Of a stretch of DNA of 64,000 nt, positions 39,693 to 49,888 are shown one piece after another. The position numbers and the translations under genes were made by a program. The stretch is from Cenarchaeum sp. (GTDB taxonomy: Archaea > Thermoproteota > Nitrososphaeria > Nitrososphaerales > Nitrosopumilaceae), in NCBI GenBank assembly GCA_965242695.1, contig CBDESU010000002.1, positions 736,001 through 800,000 of the forward strand. The letters are read 5' to 3'. The stretch's first letter is position 1. The number at the start of each line of letters is the position of its first letter. Under the pieces are notes generated by a model, which was given only the letters and a program-made list of their open reading frames with translations, was not told the DNA's origin and searched no databases.

Positions 39693-41732
39693 TTAGGCCC
39701 CCGGTTTCCAGCCCCCTTCCCCGCCCGCGTCCAGGCCCGCGGCGACGGCGTCCAGGTCGGCCGCCGCCTCGGCCCCCATTATGTCGACCACGTCGGGGCG
39801 GGACTCCCTGGCCTCCTTCCAGTGCAGCGCGGCCTCTTTTATGCGGCCCGTCTTCACCTCTGCGACGATCCGCACCATATGCGCGAATGCGTTGCCCGGG
39901 TCCAGCCCGACTGCCTTCTCGCCGCAGGCCAGCGCCTCCTCCGGACGCCCGGCGCCAACCAGCGCGCTGGCCTTTATGGCCAGCGCCGCAGCGCCGTCCA
40001 GCCCCGCCTTGGCGGCCCCGTCTGCGCACTTGATCGCCTCTTCGTTCCGGCCCAGGCCGCACAGTGCGCTGGCCATTGTCGACAGGATGTCGGCGTTGTC
40101 GGGATCGAGCCTGGCGGCCCTGTCTGCGCACTCGAGGGCCTTTTCGTGCCTGCCCAGCTTGTCGAGGATGACGGCCTTTAGGTGGTACGCCTGCGCCGGA
40201 CTTGCGCCGGCCTTTACGGCCCTGTTGCAGCATGCCATCGCCGCCTTTGCCCTCCCCCTGCCGAGCAGGACCACCGCCCTGGCCTGGTAGGCGGACCAGC
40301 GCTTTGGGTCGTCCCGAATGGCCCTGCCGAGCCATGCGAGCGCCTTTCGCGGGCGGCCGAGGGACTTCATGGCGCAGGCCCCGGCAACGCGCGCGCGGTA
40401 GCTGTCCGGCTCGGACTTGAGCGCCCTGCGCGCCTCGTCGAGCGCCTCGGCGTACTGGCCAAGCATGTACAGCGCATCGGACAGCCCGATGCGCGACTGC
40501 GCACCGCCGGGATTGGCCGCAATGGCCCTGCGGTACGACTCGGCGGCCTCCTCGACGCAGCCAACCTCTACAAGCTCGACCGCCAGGACGTGGTGGGCCG
40601 CCGCAAGGCCGGGATTGCGTTCGGCCACCGCCCTGCACAGCTCGACGGCCTCTTCGTGCCGGCCGAGATCCGCTACCGCGCACGCCCTGTCCAGCTGCTC
40701 TTCCGCGTTGCCGGGTCCGGCCCTTTCGAAGGCGTCAAGGGCCTCCGCGGCGCGCCCAAGCCTCGAGAGCAGGGACGCCCTCGACCGCGCCGCCCCGTCC
40801 ATGCTGGGATCCAGCTCGAGGGCCCTGTCGGCGCTCTCCAGCGCCTCCTCCAGCCGCCCCAGGCCCGCGAGGGGGCCCACCATTGCATAGTGCGCCGCGG
40901 CCCCGCGCGGCGTCTCCCTTGCGGCCTCCTTGGCCTCCTCGAGCGCCTCCTCGCGCCGCCCCAGAGCGAGCAGCGAGTCGGACCTGTTCACGCGCACGAA
41001 CGTGCCGGCATCGCCGGCCGCAATCGCCTCGTCGTACGCCCTGGCGGCCTCTTCGTGGCGGCCGAGGGACCGCAGCGAGTCCGCCCTTATGGCGTACGGC
41101 GAGTCGCTGTACCCGGTGCCCGCCGGGCCCGTCATGCACACCCTGATCCCCTCGTCGCAATACGTAGCCCGATCTCGGCCGCGTCGATCTGGGGCGCGAT
41201 TGCCGCACACCCTGATCCACTCGTCGCAGCACGCAACGGCCTCTTCGTGCATCTCCATGTCCGCGAGGCGTCTGGCCTTTTCCCTCCAGAACCGCATGCT
41301 CGCCGGGTTCCTCTCTATTCCCTCGTCGCAGCACTCTAGGATCTCGCTGAATGCGGCGCTGGATCCCGACAGGGCGTTTATCATGACCTCGCGGGCGTCC
41401 TCGTCGCCGGGATCCATCTCGAGGGCCCTCTTGCCGTACCTCACGGACTCTTCGTAGTCGCTCCCCCAGTAGTAGGCGTTGGCGCAGAGCGCGAGCGTGT
41501 CCGCATCGGCGGGCTCGAGGCCGGCGGCGGTGCGGATCGCCTTGGCGGCCTCCTCCTGCCGGCCCGTGGCAAGCAGCGCGATCGACCTTGCGGCATGCGC
41601 GGCGGCCAGGTTCGGGTTCGCCTTGATGGCCTTGTCGCAGGCGGCCAAGACGCCCCTGTGGTCGTGCCTTTGGACCAGCCGCTTGATCTTCTCGGCCGCC
41701 TCTTCGCCGCCAGCGCCTCCCTTCCCTTCCAT
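39693..41732 (-). CDS. TPR repeat protein (array copy 2)
   Basis: MEGKGGAGG start; TPR motifs; small internal duplication (CDEWIRVC/CDEGIRVC). Confidence 0.9.
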   Translation of the reverse strand: MEGKGGAGGEEAAEKIKRLVQRHDHRGVLAACDKAIKANPNLAAAHAARSIALLATGRQEEAAKAIRTAAGLEPADADTLALCANAYYWGSDYEESVRYGKRALEMDPGDEDAREVMINALSGSSAAFSEILECCDEGIERNPASMRFWREKARRLADMEMHEEAVACCDEWIRVCGNRAPDRRGRDRATYCDEGIRVCMTGPAGTGYSDSPYAIRADSLRSLGRHEEAARAYDEAIAAGDAGTFVRVNRSDSLLALGRREEALEEAKEAARETPRGAAAHYAMVGPLAGLGRLEEALESADRALELDPSMDGAARSRASLLSRLGRAAEALDAFERAGPGNAEEQLDRACAVADLGRHEEAVELCRAVAERNPGLAAAHHVLAVELVEVGCVEEAAESYRRAIAANPGGAQSRIGLSDALYMLGQYAEALDEARRALKSEPDSYRARVAGACAMKSLGRPRKALAWLGRAIRDDPKRWSAYQARAVVLLGRGRAKAAMACCNRAVKAGASPAQAYHLKAVILDKLGRHEKALECADRAARLDPDNADILSTMASALCGLGRNEEAIKCADGAAKAGLDGAAALAIKASALVGAGRPEEALACGEKAVGLDPGNAFAHMVRIVAEVKTGRIKEAALHWKEARESRPDVVDIMGAEAAADLDAVAAGLDAGGEGGWKPGA

Positions 41733-41747
41733 GGAGCCGGCTCGCCC

Positions 41748-41769
41748 GCGGGCCGGTATAACCATACCG
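41748..41769 (-). promoter_or_regulatory. conserved promoter with TATA box inside an inverted repeat
   Basis: Identical 22-mer, TATA about 25 nt upstream of ATG 41732. Confidence 0.75.
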
Positions 41770-41927
41770 CCGCGCGCCCGCATGCCTGTGGTAACGGGAG
41801 GGGGGGAGGCGCCCGCGGCAGGTGATCACGGCCCTCCGCCCTCCCATTCCGCCCCGCGGCCGTCACGCGCGGCAGCTCCTGCACAGGCCCTCCGCTCGGC
41901 CCCATGGCATCCGCGGTTCGTCATCGC

Positions 41928-43853
41928 CTACGTGTTCCCGAGCAGGGCGTCCAGCTTTTCCGCCTCGGCCCCAATGGCATCGACTATGTCGGGACGGGAC
42001 TTCTTGGTGTCCTTCCAGTGCTCTAGGGCCTCTTTCATCCGGCCCATCTCCACGTTTGCGGCGATCCGCGCCATATGCGCGTTCGTATTGCCCGGATCCA
42101 GCGCGATCGCCCCCTCGCAACAGGCCAGCGCCTCCTCCGGACGCCCGGCGCCCGCCAGCGCGCTGGCCTCTATGCCCAGCGCCGCGGCGTCGCTCGGCGA
42201 CGCCTTGGCCACCCTGTCGATGCACTCGATGCACTCCTTGTGCCTGCCCAGGATGCAGAGCATCTCGGCCCTTGTCGCCAGGATGCCGGGGTTGTCCGGC
42301 TCGATCTTGGCGGCCCTGTCGGCCCATGCAAGGGCCCTTTTGTGCCTGCCCTGCCTGCCGAGGATAATGGCCTTTAGATCGCACGCCTGCGCCGGCCTTG
42401 CGCCGGCCCTTATGGCCCTGCTGCAGCACCTCAGGGCCTCTTCCGTCCTGCCCCCCTTGAACAGGATTATCGCCTTGGACTGGTAGGCCGGCCAGTGCCT
42501 TGGGTCGTCCCGAATTGCCCTGTCGAGCCAGGCGAGCGCCTTCCGCCGGCGGCCGAGCTTGCGCATTGCGTCGGCCCCGACAGAGCGCGCGCGGGCGTCG
42601 CCTAGATTTGCCTTGAGCACCCTGCGCACCTCGGCGAGCGCCTCCGCGGGGCGGCCGAGCATCCCCAGCGAGTCGGCCATCCCGATGCGCGACTCCGCCC
42701 TGCCGGGATCGGCCTTGGTGGCCCTGCGGTACGACTCGACTGCCTCCTCGTCCCGCCCCGCCTCTGCAAGCACGGTCCCCAGGGAATGGTGCGCCGCCGC
42801 AAGGCCGGGATTGCGGTCCGCCACCGCCCTGCACAGCTCGACCGCCTCTTCGCGCCGGCCAAGATCCGACAGCGCGTACGCCCTGCCCAGCTGCTCACCC
42901 ACCCCGCCAGGGCCGGCCCTTTCGAAGGCGCCAAGGGCCTCGGCCGGGCGGCCCATCTTCAGGAGCAGATGGGCCCTCGCGTGGGCGGCCCCGTCCATTC
43001 CGGGGTCCAGCTCAAGCGTCCTGTCGATGCCGCCCAGCGCCTCTTCGAGGCGGCCGAGCTCCGTGAGCGGCCCGACCGTTGCATAGTGCGCATAGGCCTT
43101 GCGCGGCGCCTCCCTTGCGACCTTCTCGGCCTCTTCGAGCGCCTCTGCATGGCGCCCCATCCTGTGCAGCGAGTCGGATCTGCACGCGCGCGCGTACGCG
43201 CCGGCATCCCCCTCTGCGATCCCCTCGTCGTACGCCCCGACGGCCTCTTCGTGGCGGCCGAGGGCCCGCAGCGAGGCGGCCTTTATGGCGTGCAGCGAGT
43301 CGCCGCCCCCGTCTACCAGGCCCGTGCCGCACTCTTTGATCCCCTCCTCGCAGCATGCAACGGCCTCTTCGTGCATCTGCATGGCCAGAAGGCGGCCGGC
43401 CTTTTCGGCCCGGAACCGCGTGCCCTTTGGGTTCCGTTCGATCCCCTCCTCGCAGCACCTCATGACCTCCTTGAACGAGGCGCGGCATCTGACCAGGGCC
43501 CTTACCAGGACCCCGCGGGCGTCCTCGTTGCCGGGATCCATCTCGAGGGCCCTCCTGCCGCACCTCGCGGATTCTTCGTAGCTCTGCCCCCGGTAGTAGG
43601 CGTTGGCGCAGAGCGCGAGCGTGTCCGCATCGGCGGGGTCGAGGCTGGCTGCCGTGCGTACCGCCTCGGCGGCCTCTTCGGGCCGGCCCGCGGCATGCAG
43701 CGCGATCGACCTTGCGGCATGCGCGAGGGCGAGGTTCGGGTTCGACTCGATGGCCGCATCGCAGCCGGCCAGTAGGCTCTCGCGGGTCGACTTTCGAACC
43801 AGCCGCTTGATCTTTTCGGCCGCCTCTTCGCACCCGCCGCCCTTCCCGCCCAT
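41928..43853 (-). CDS. TPR repeat protein (array copy 1)
   Basis: MGGKGGGCEE start; TPR motifs. Confidence 0.9.
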   Translation of the reverse strand: MGGKGGGCEEAAEKIKRLVRKSTRESLLAGCDAAIESNPNLALAHAARSIALHAAGRPEEAAEAVRTAASLDPADADTLALCANAYYRGQSYEESARCGRRALEMDPGNEDARGVLVRALVRCRASFKEVMRCCEEGIERNPKGTRFRAEKAGRLLAMQMHEEAVACCEEGIKECGTGLVDGGGDSLHAIKAASLRALGRHEEAVGAYDEGIAEGDAGAYARACRSDSLHRMGRHAEALEEAEKVAREAPRKAYAHYATVGPLTELGRLEEALGGIDRTLELDPGMDGAAHARAHLLLKMGRPAEALGAFERAGPGGVGEQLGRAYALSDLGRREEAVELCRAVADRNPGLAAAHHSLGTVLAEAGRDEEAVESYRRATKADPGRAESRIGMADSLGMLGRPAEALAEVRRVLKANLGDARARSVGADAMRKLGRRRKALAWLDRAIRDDPRHWPAYQSKAIILFKGGRTEEALRCCSRAIRAGARPAQACDLKAIILGRQGRHKRALAWADRAAKIEPDNPGILATRAEMLCILGRHKECIECIDRVAKASPSDAAALGIEASALAGAGRPEEALACCEGAIALDPGNTNAHMARIAANVEMGRMKEALEHWKDTKKSRPDIVDAIGAEAEKLDALLGNT

Positions 43854-43868
43854 GGGATTGGCGCCCCC

Positions 43869-43890
43869 GCGGGCCGGTATAACGATACCG
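43869..43890 (-). promoter_or_regulatory. conserved promoter with TATA box inside an inverted repeat
   Basis: GCGGGCCGGTATAACGATACCG (one mismatch, in the spacer), TATA about 25 nt upstream of ATG 43853. Confidence 0.75.
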
Positions 43891-43936
43891 CCGCGCCCCG
43901 GCAATGGTTATACCGCCGCCCCGGCGCCCCCGCCCG

Positions 43937-44620
43937 ATGGGAAAAAGGGCCCCCGCGCAGGACGCCCTTGGCGAGCTCAACGCCAGGATCGTCGCGTGCA
44001 AGAAGTGCCCCCGCCTGTCGGCGTACATACGGGAGGTGGCGCGCACAAAAGTCAGGCGCCACGCGTCCGAAGAGTACTGGGGCCGGCCGTTGCCCGGGTT
44101 CGGCGACCCGCGAGCCGCACTCCTCGTGGTCGGCCTCGCACCCGCCGCGCACGGCGGCAACCGGACGGGCCGCATGTTCACCGGCGACAGCTCGGGCGAC
44201 TGGCTGGCTAGGGCCATGCACGCGCACGGCTTTGCATCGCAGCCGGCGAGCGAGTCTGCCGGCGACGGCCTCGTCCTGCGCGGCGCGTACGTTACGGCCG
44301 CCGTCAGGTGCGCCCCGCCGGGCAACAAGCCCCTGCGCGGCGAGTTCGACAGGTGCCACCCCTACCTAGAGGAGGAGCTTGCCGCCCTGTCCCGCGTGCG
44401 CGTCATACTCTGCCTCGGCCGCATCGCGCACGCCTCCGTATGCCGCCTGCTCGGCGTCCGGCCGTCGGCCGAGCCGTTCGCGCACGGCCGCGCGTTCCGG
44501 GCCGGCAGGTACGACGTCGTCTGCTCGTACCACCCGAGCCGCCAGAACACGCAGACCGGGCGCCTCTCGCGCGAACAGTTCGAGTCCGTATTCGCGCTTG
44601 CCCGGCGGCTCGCGTCATGA
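43937..44620 (+). CDS. uracil-DNA glycosylase, family 5 (UdgB-like, Fe-S)
   Basis: CKKCPRL, PGFGD, GLAPAAHGGNRTGRMFTGDSSG, RCAPPGNKP, YHPSRQN. Confidence 0.93.
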   Translation: MGKRAPAQDALGELNARIVACKKCPRLSAYIREVARTKVRRHASEEYWGRPLPGFGDPRAALLVVGLAPAAHGGNRTGRMFTGDSSGDWLARAMHAHGFASQPASESAGDGLVLRGAYVTAAVRCAPPGNKPLRGEFDRCHPYLEEELAALSRVRVILCLGRIAHASVCRLLGVRPSAEPFAHGRAFRAGRYDVVCSYHPSRQNTQTGRLSREQFESVFALARRLAS

Positions 44621-46185
44621 TCCGTACACTGCGGCGCGCCGCGCCCCTGCGCGCGCTTGCCCGGCGCTCCGCGCCGCCCGGCGCCCACCGCGCCGTACTG
44701 GCCGCCACACTCTTGCTCTCGGCGTACGTCCACCTGTGGAACCCCGTCGGGTTCCCCGACATCTTCTTCGACGAAGGCGTGTACATGCGCCGCGCGATGC
44801 ACCTTGCCGAGACGGGAGACCCGCAAGAGTCGCACCTGTACGACCACCCATACTTTGGGCAGATCGTCCTTGCCGGGTTCCTAAAGGCCGCCGGCTTTCC
44901 CGAGTCGGCCGCCGCATCGCCCGATGCGCCGTACCTGGCGCCGCGCATACTCATGGGGCTCCTTGCCGTCCTGGACACGTACCTGGTCCACCGCATAGTC
45001 GGCGCAAGGTTTGGCCGCCGCGCCGCCATACTCGCCGCCGTCCTGTTCGCGGCCATGCCGATGACCTGGATGCTGCGGCGCATCGTGCTTGACGGCCTGG
45101 CACTGCCCCTAGTGCTGTCCTCGATCCTGCTTGCGCTCCACTCGGGAGGCGGCTCTGCGCGCCGCGGCGGCGCGCTCGTGCTGTGCTCGGCCGCCCTGCT
45201 CGGCCTTGCCGCCTTTACGAAACTGACGGCGGTCTCGATGGTCCCCGTCGTCGCGTACATTGTCGTGTCGGCGCGAGGCTGGCGCGCGCTGCCCATGTGG
45301 CTCGCGCTGGCGGCCGCCGTGCCGGCCATGTGGCCTGCCGCCGCGCTGCGCGCCGGCGAGGCCCGCCTGTGGCTCGACGGCGTCCTCTGGCAGGCCGGCC
45401 GGCAGGCCGGCGCGGCCGGCGAGCTGCTCGCGGCCGCAACGGCGGCCAACTTTGCGGCCGACCCCGTGCTCATGGGGCTCGGGCTTGCGGGCGCCGCGTA
45501 CGCGGCGGCGCGCAGGCGCCTGTTCCTTGTCCTCTGGATCGGCCCGTTCGTGCCGCTTGCCGCGGCGACCTACTTTCAGTACTTTCACTACATACTGGTG
45601 CTGCCGGCCATGTGCGCCTCGGCTGCGTTCATGATCGACGACATCGTCTCTCGCCGCATCGCGCGCCCGCGCGCGCAGAGGGCCGCGGTAGCCGTCGCGG
45701 CCGCCGCCCTTGCCGCCGCCGGCATGGCGTGGTCGGGCGCGCTCGTCTCCGAGGACGCCTCGTCGGCGCAGCTCGCCGCCGTCTCGCACCTGGCCTCGGG
45801 CCCGTACAACAACATGACCGTGCTCGCGCCGCCTGCCTATTCCTGGGTGCTGTCCGACGTGCACGGCATGCCGCATGTGGCGCCCGACTACTCGCACGTC
45901 CTGTTCTATCCGGTCGAGACGGACCGGTACGTCCTGGTGTACGACTCGCACCTTTTGCACGACCTGGGCCGCGGCGAGCGCCTGGCCGATGCGTACGCCC
46001 GCTCCGAGCCTGTCTGGGAGGCCGGCTCGCATCTGGACTGCGGCCCCGGCGGCGCCGTTGCCGTGGCCGCCGCGGGGCTCGTCTGGAGCCCGTGCGCCGG
46101 CGCAATGCACCTTGCCGCCCCCGAGGGCGCGCTCGTGCAGGTGCGCATCGGGCACGCGGGGCCGCTTGCCGAGCCGCCCGCCTAG
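44617..46185 (+). CDS. GT-C glycosyltransferase (PMT/ArnT, GT39-like)
   Basis: FFDEGVY, YDHPYFG, multiple TM segments, FTKL; ATGA-coupled to the UDG gene. Confidence 0.82.
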   Translation: MIRTLRRAAPLRALARRSAPPGAHRAVLAATLLLSAYVHLWNPVGFPDIFFDEGVYMRRAMHLAETGDPQESHLYDHPYFGQIVLAGFLKAAGFPESAAASPDAPYLAPRILMGLLAVLDTYLVHRIVGARFGRRAAILAAVLFAAMPMTWMLRRIVLDGLALPLVLSSILLALHSGGGSARRGGALVLCSAALLGLAAFTKLTAVSMVPVVAYIVVSARGWRALPMWLALAAAVPAMWPAAALRAGEARLWLDGVLWQAGRQAGAAGELLAAATAANFAADPVLMGLGLAGAAYAAARRRLFLVLWIGPFVPLAAATYFQYFHYILVLPAMCASAAFMIDDIVSRRIARPRAQRAAVAVAAAALAAAGMAWSGALVSEDASSAQLAAVSHLASGPYNNMTVLAPPAYSWVLSDVHGMPHVAPDYSHVLFYPVETDRYVLVYDSHLLHDLGRGERLADAYARSEPVWEAGSHLDCGPGGAVAVAAAGLVWSPCAGAMHLAAPEGALVQVRIGHAGPLAEPPA

Positions 46186-46964
46186 CCGCCTTTGGCTGCG
46201 GCCGCCCCTTGCTTTGCCGCCTCGGCCGCCGCTTCGTTCTCGAGCTCGTCCCTCATGTCGCCGGCCCACTCCCTCGGGTACTTTCCCCACTCGTCCCTGT
46301 TCCTGCCCAGGTCGGCCGGCGGCCCGGCCGCCAGGCACCTGTCGATCATTTCGACCAGCCTCTCCCTGTCGCCCCGCGTCCGGCACGCATTCTCGAGCGC
46401 CGCCCAGTACTCGTCGAGCCACAGGCCGTCCGTGTCCTCTAGCATCCTGTCGACGAGGTACTGCACTATGCGCATGCGCGCCCCCGAGTCGCCCGCCTTT
46501 TCCGCGCACCCGCCGACGGCCAGTATGCAGCGGCTGGCCTTGTCGCGGAACCTGCCGGCCACGCTGAATATGCGCGGGAGGTACTCGATTATGGCCTCTG
46601 CAGTCTGCCCGTACATGAGCGCGGCCTCTTCGTACTCGCCCGCCCTTTCGCGCGCCTTTGCGTCCCGAGTGATGCCGGCGAGGCTGACGTACGGGGTGCG
46701 GTGCGATATGAAGCCGCCGCCCGATCCCCCGTCGAGCACCTCGAAGACCGCCGCCCGGTAGTCCGCCCCGCGCGTGTCGGACAGTATCTTGCGCACGCGC
46801 GCCTCGAACCGGCCCAGCAGGGCGCCGTTCCCGCGCAGCTCGGCGGCCAAAAACTCCCTGACGTCGGCGACGGGCACCGCACTGACGGCCCTCCTGGCCT
46901 CGGCCACGGTGGGCATGCGTGGCCTTCGCGCCGCGCCCTTTGCCGCGCGGAGGGCGGTAGCCAT
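46182..46964 (-). CDS. helical hypothetical protein (paralogue 3 of 3)
   Basis: Shares FLA.ELR, SRGADY, KDA..RE..G.Y.EAA..YGQ.A and CILA.GGCAEKA with its two neighbours. Confidence 0.8.
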   Translation of the reverse strand: MATALRAAKGAARRPRMPTVAEARRAVSAVPVADVREFLAAELRGNGALLGRFEARVRKILSDTRGADYRAAVFEVLDGGSGGGFISHRTPYVSLAGITRDAKARERAGEYEEAALMYGQTAEAIIEYLPRIFSVAGRFRDKASRCILAVGGCAEKAGDSGARMRIVQYLVDRMLEDTDGLWLDEYWAALENACRTRGDRERLVEMIDRCLAAGPPADLGRNRDEWGKYPREWAGDMRDELENEAAAEAAKQGAAAAKGG

Positions 46965-47018
46965 GCGCGCCCCGCCGCGCAGTGCGATAAAAGGGCGCCG
47001 CGCCCGCCTTCCCTCGGG

Positions 47019-47759
47019 CTAGCCGGCGTCGCTTTCGCCCTGCCGGCTCCCCTTGCCCTCGCCGTACTCTTTGAGGCGCCTTCCCCACTCGGCCCGCCTG
47101 TCCCTGCCGAGTACGCCCGGCGGCCCCCCGGACAGGACCTCTTCGATGACGCCGCGCAGCCTCTTTTTGTCGCCCGGCTTTTGTGGAACCTTGCCGAGCG
47201 CCTCCTCGTACTCGATATCGCACGCGCCCTTGTAGTCGCGGGCGTACCCCTCGGCCAGGTGCCTTGCTATGCGCATGCGCACGCCCGCCTCGGCCGCCTT
47301 TTCCGCGCAACCTCCCATTGCCAGTATGCACGCGCCGGCCTGCTCGCGAAGCTCGTCCGGCACGACGAACACGTTTGGAAGCCAGTCGATTATGGCGGAG
47401 GCTATCTGCCCGTATATGCGCGCCGCCTCGGCGTAGTCGCCGACCCCCTCGCGCACCCTTGCGTCTTTTGTGACTTTGGTGAAGGCGATGAACGGCCTGC
47501 TGTCCGATATGCGGCCGCTGTTCAGGCCCCTTCCGATCAGCCTCTCGACCTTTGCATAGTGGTCGGCCCCGCGCGACTTGGCCAGGAACCGGCCCGCGAG
47601 CTCCTCGAACCGCCCCATCATCTCCTCGTCCCTGCGGAGCTCGGACGCCAGGAACCTCTTGACGTCGGCGTCGGGGACTGCCTTGATCACCTTCCCGATC
47701 TCGGCTACGGTGGGGCCCTTCCGCTTCTTGGGAGCGCTCCTTGGCGCCGCTCGGGCCAT
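47019..47759 (-). CDS. helical hypothetical protein (paralogue 2 of 3)
   Basis: MARAAPRS start, TTTTAT box about 25 nt upstream; same motifs as neighbours. Confidence 0.8.
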   Translation of the reverse strand: MARAAPRSAPKKRKGPTVAEIGKVIKAVPDADVKRFLASELRRDEEMMGRFEELAGRFLAKSRGADHYAKVERLIGRGLNSGRISDSRPFIAFTKVTKDARVREGVGDYAEAARIYGQIASAIIDWLPNVFVVPDELREQAGACILAMGGCAEKAAEAGVRMRIARHLAEGYARDYKGACDIEYEEALGKVPQKPGDKKRLRGVIEEVLSGGPPGVLGRDRRAEWGRRLKEYGEGKGSRQGESDAG

Positions 47760-47823
47760 GCGGGCCGGGCCGAGGGGCACGATAAAAGGATGCCGCGCCC
47801 GCCGTTCCCCGCCGGCCGCGCCG

Positions 47824-48549
47824 CTAGTCCCCCATGTCGTCGCCGTACTCTTTGAGGTATTTTCCCCACCCGTCCAGCTCGTACTTGTCCAGGCCGGCAG
47901 GGGGCCCCGCCGCCAGCACCTTTTCGATTACCTTGCGCAGCCTCTCCTTGTCGCCCTGCTTTTGGACCACCTTGTCAAGCGCATCCTCGTACTCGTCCGT
48001 CCACATGCCGCCGTAGTCGCGGACGTACCCGGCCGCCAGGTACCTTGCTATGCGCATGCGCACCCCCGTGTCGCCCGCCTTTTCCGCGCACCCTCCCATT
48101 GCCAGTATGCACCGGCTGGCCTGGTTGCGGAAGCGCTCGGTCACGCTGAATATGTGCGGAAGGTGGTCGATTATGGCATCCGCTATCTGCCCGTATATGC
48201 GCGCCGCCTCGGCGTAGTCGCCGATCTTTTCGCGCGCCTTTGCGTCCTTTGTGACGCTGACGAGGCTGATGTACGGGGTATGGTGCGATATGAGGCCCCT
48301 GTCCGAGCCCTTTTCGAGCAGCCTCTCGACCTTTGCATAGTAGTCGGCCCCGCGCGAGTCGGACAGGGACCGGCCCGCTAGCGCCCCGAACCGCCCCAGC
48401 ATGTCCCCGTCCCTGCGAAGCTCGGCGGCCAGGAACTTTTTGATGTCGGCCTCGGATACGACGTTGATCATCTTCCTGATCTCGGCCGCGGCGGGCTGCC
48501 GCTGCCCCTGTTGCCGCTTGCCCGCACTCTTTGGCGCCGCTCGGGCCAT
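47824..48549 (-). CDS. helical hypothetical protein (paralogue 1 of 3)
   Basis: MARAAPKS start, TTTTATA box upstream; same motifs as neighbours. Confidence 0.8.
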   Translation of the reverse strand: MARAAPKSAGKRQQGQRQPAAAEIRKMINVVSEADIKKFLAAELRRDGDMLGRFGALAGRSLSDSRGADYYAKVERLLEKGSDRGLISHHTPYISLVSVTKDAKAREKIGDYAEAARIYGQIADAIIDHLPHIFSVTERFRNQASRCILAMGGCAEKAGDTGVRMRIARYLAAGYVRDYGGMWTDEYEDALDKVVQKQGDKERLRKVIEKVLAAGPPAGLDKYELDGWGKYLKEYGDDMGD

Positions 48550-48948
48550 GGGGGGCGGGCCGCGCAGCCCGATATAAAACGGTGCGTCGCCATTGGCGTG
48601 CCTGAGATCGGCACGTTCCGGCTAGATGGGTCGTTACCCTCGCCAACCCCCTTCTTTCCTGTATGAGTCATGGCAGGGTGCATTGTCGCTTGTGTGGAAA
48701 TATAAGGCGAACTTGATCGGCCTGTCGGCAGAGCTCTGTCGTTTACCCTGGCGAATCTCACGTCTGCGTCAACGTCTTCCTAGGTTCACACTTGGCTTCT
48801 GCGCCGCACCGCTCATTTTACGCCCTCGTATTTCTTAGACTAAAAAACTACTCATGCATTCTAACCCACACACTTCAGGCGATTTGCGCGCAACGGAGGA
48901 GAAGGGGTGCAGATATTGTTCTGCATTGCCGTGCTTGTGACTGGCGTG

Positions 48949-49803
48949 TCAGAGATTCCAGTCATTCACAAGCTCGTCAACGTTCTTTTTGCCCAGAAAA
49001 TAGGACCCGTCCTTTAAGGCGAACCGTACTTGGTACCCTGCTTTATTCTTGGTTATGCTTCCATCTTTAATCCTGTTTTTCATTTCTTTGTTAGAAATAG
49101 TGATATATTTGATAACGTTGTTGCGATTACGAAGGACAAAGATATAGTACACATTTGGGCCGCTTGCTCTTTCGAACGCCTCTGGTCTAATTGTAATGAC
49201 GAAAGTTTTACCATCTTTACCTTCAGTCACAGTCTTAACTTGGATTTCGTACACATTCTTGCCCTTGGTGGCTCTTATGTCGATACCGCTATCGATTGTA
49301 ATGCGATCTGCGTTGTAGCCGCGCAGTAGCAGCTCGCTCATCACCCTGAACTCGCCGGCAGCGCCGATCCTCCTCTGATGATCTTTCCCGCCCGACTTGC
49401 CGATCTCTTCGCTGTCTTGGCCCCCGCCTGGCTTGATCGCTCCCATTGTCTGCCCGTCGCGATCATCCGGCGTCTTGTCGGTAGATGGTACGGTGTGCTC
49501 TCCTGCTCCCGTCCCACCGCCTTGGTCGTCGTTGCCCGACAGGGGCGCGTCCACGCCGCTCAGCTTGAACAATCCGGGTCCATCCTTGGCGAACCTTGAG
49601 CGCCCGCGTGCTATGTCGGTGTACAGCATGGCTCCCATGGTCGTCGCTGGAGTATCGCCCTTGGTCGTGATCCTACATGTCTCCGACGCCCTCTCGAGTA
49701 TCTCGGCAGCAGTGAGGGACTTGCCGGCCTCCTGTAGAACTGCATAAGCGGCATCACGATACTTCGACACGACGAGCGGGCGCCCGCGGTCTGCTATATG
49801 CAT
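48949..49803 (-). CDS. HARE-HTH plus PD-(D/E)xK nuclease fusion
   Basis: YRDAAYAVLQEAGKSLTAAEI...GDTPATTMGAMLY...F...GPGLFKL (HARE-HTH); IGAAGEFRVMSELL...GIDI...EIQVKT (nuclease). Start uncertain. Confidence 0.78.
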   Translation of the reverse strand: MHIADRGRPLVVSKYRDAAYAVLQEAGKSLTAAEILERASETCRITTKGDTPATTMGAMLYTDIARGRSRFAKDGPGLFKLSGVDAPLSGNDDQGGGTGAGEHTVPSTDKTPDDRDGQTMGAIKPGGGQDSEEIGKSGGKDHQRRIGAAGEFRVMSELLLRGYNADRITIDSGIDIRATKGKNVYEIQVKTVTEGKDGKTFVITIRPEAFERASGPNVYYIFVLRNRNNVIKYITISNKEMKNRIKDGSITKNKAGYQVRFALKDGSYFLGKKNVDELVNDWNL

Positions 49804-49888
49804 TGCCTCGTCCTCGACCCCGCGCGCCGCCGACCTTCCCTCCCAGTGTGGGAGGGGCACGTGCAGGGGTGCACGGATGGTCCTCGAC

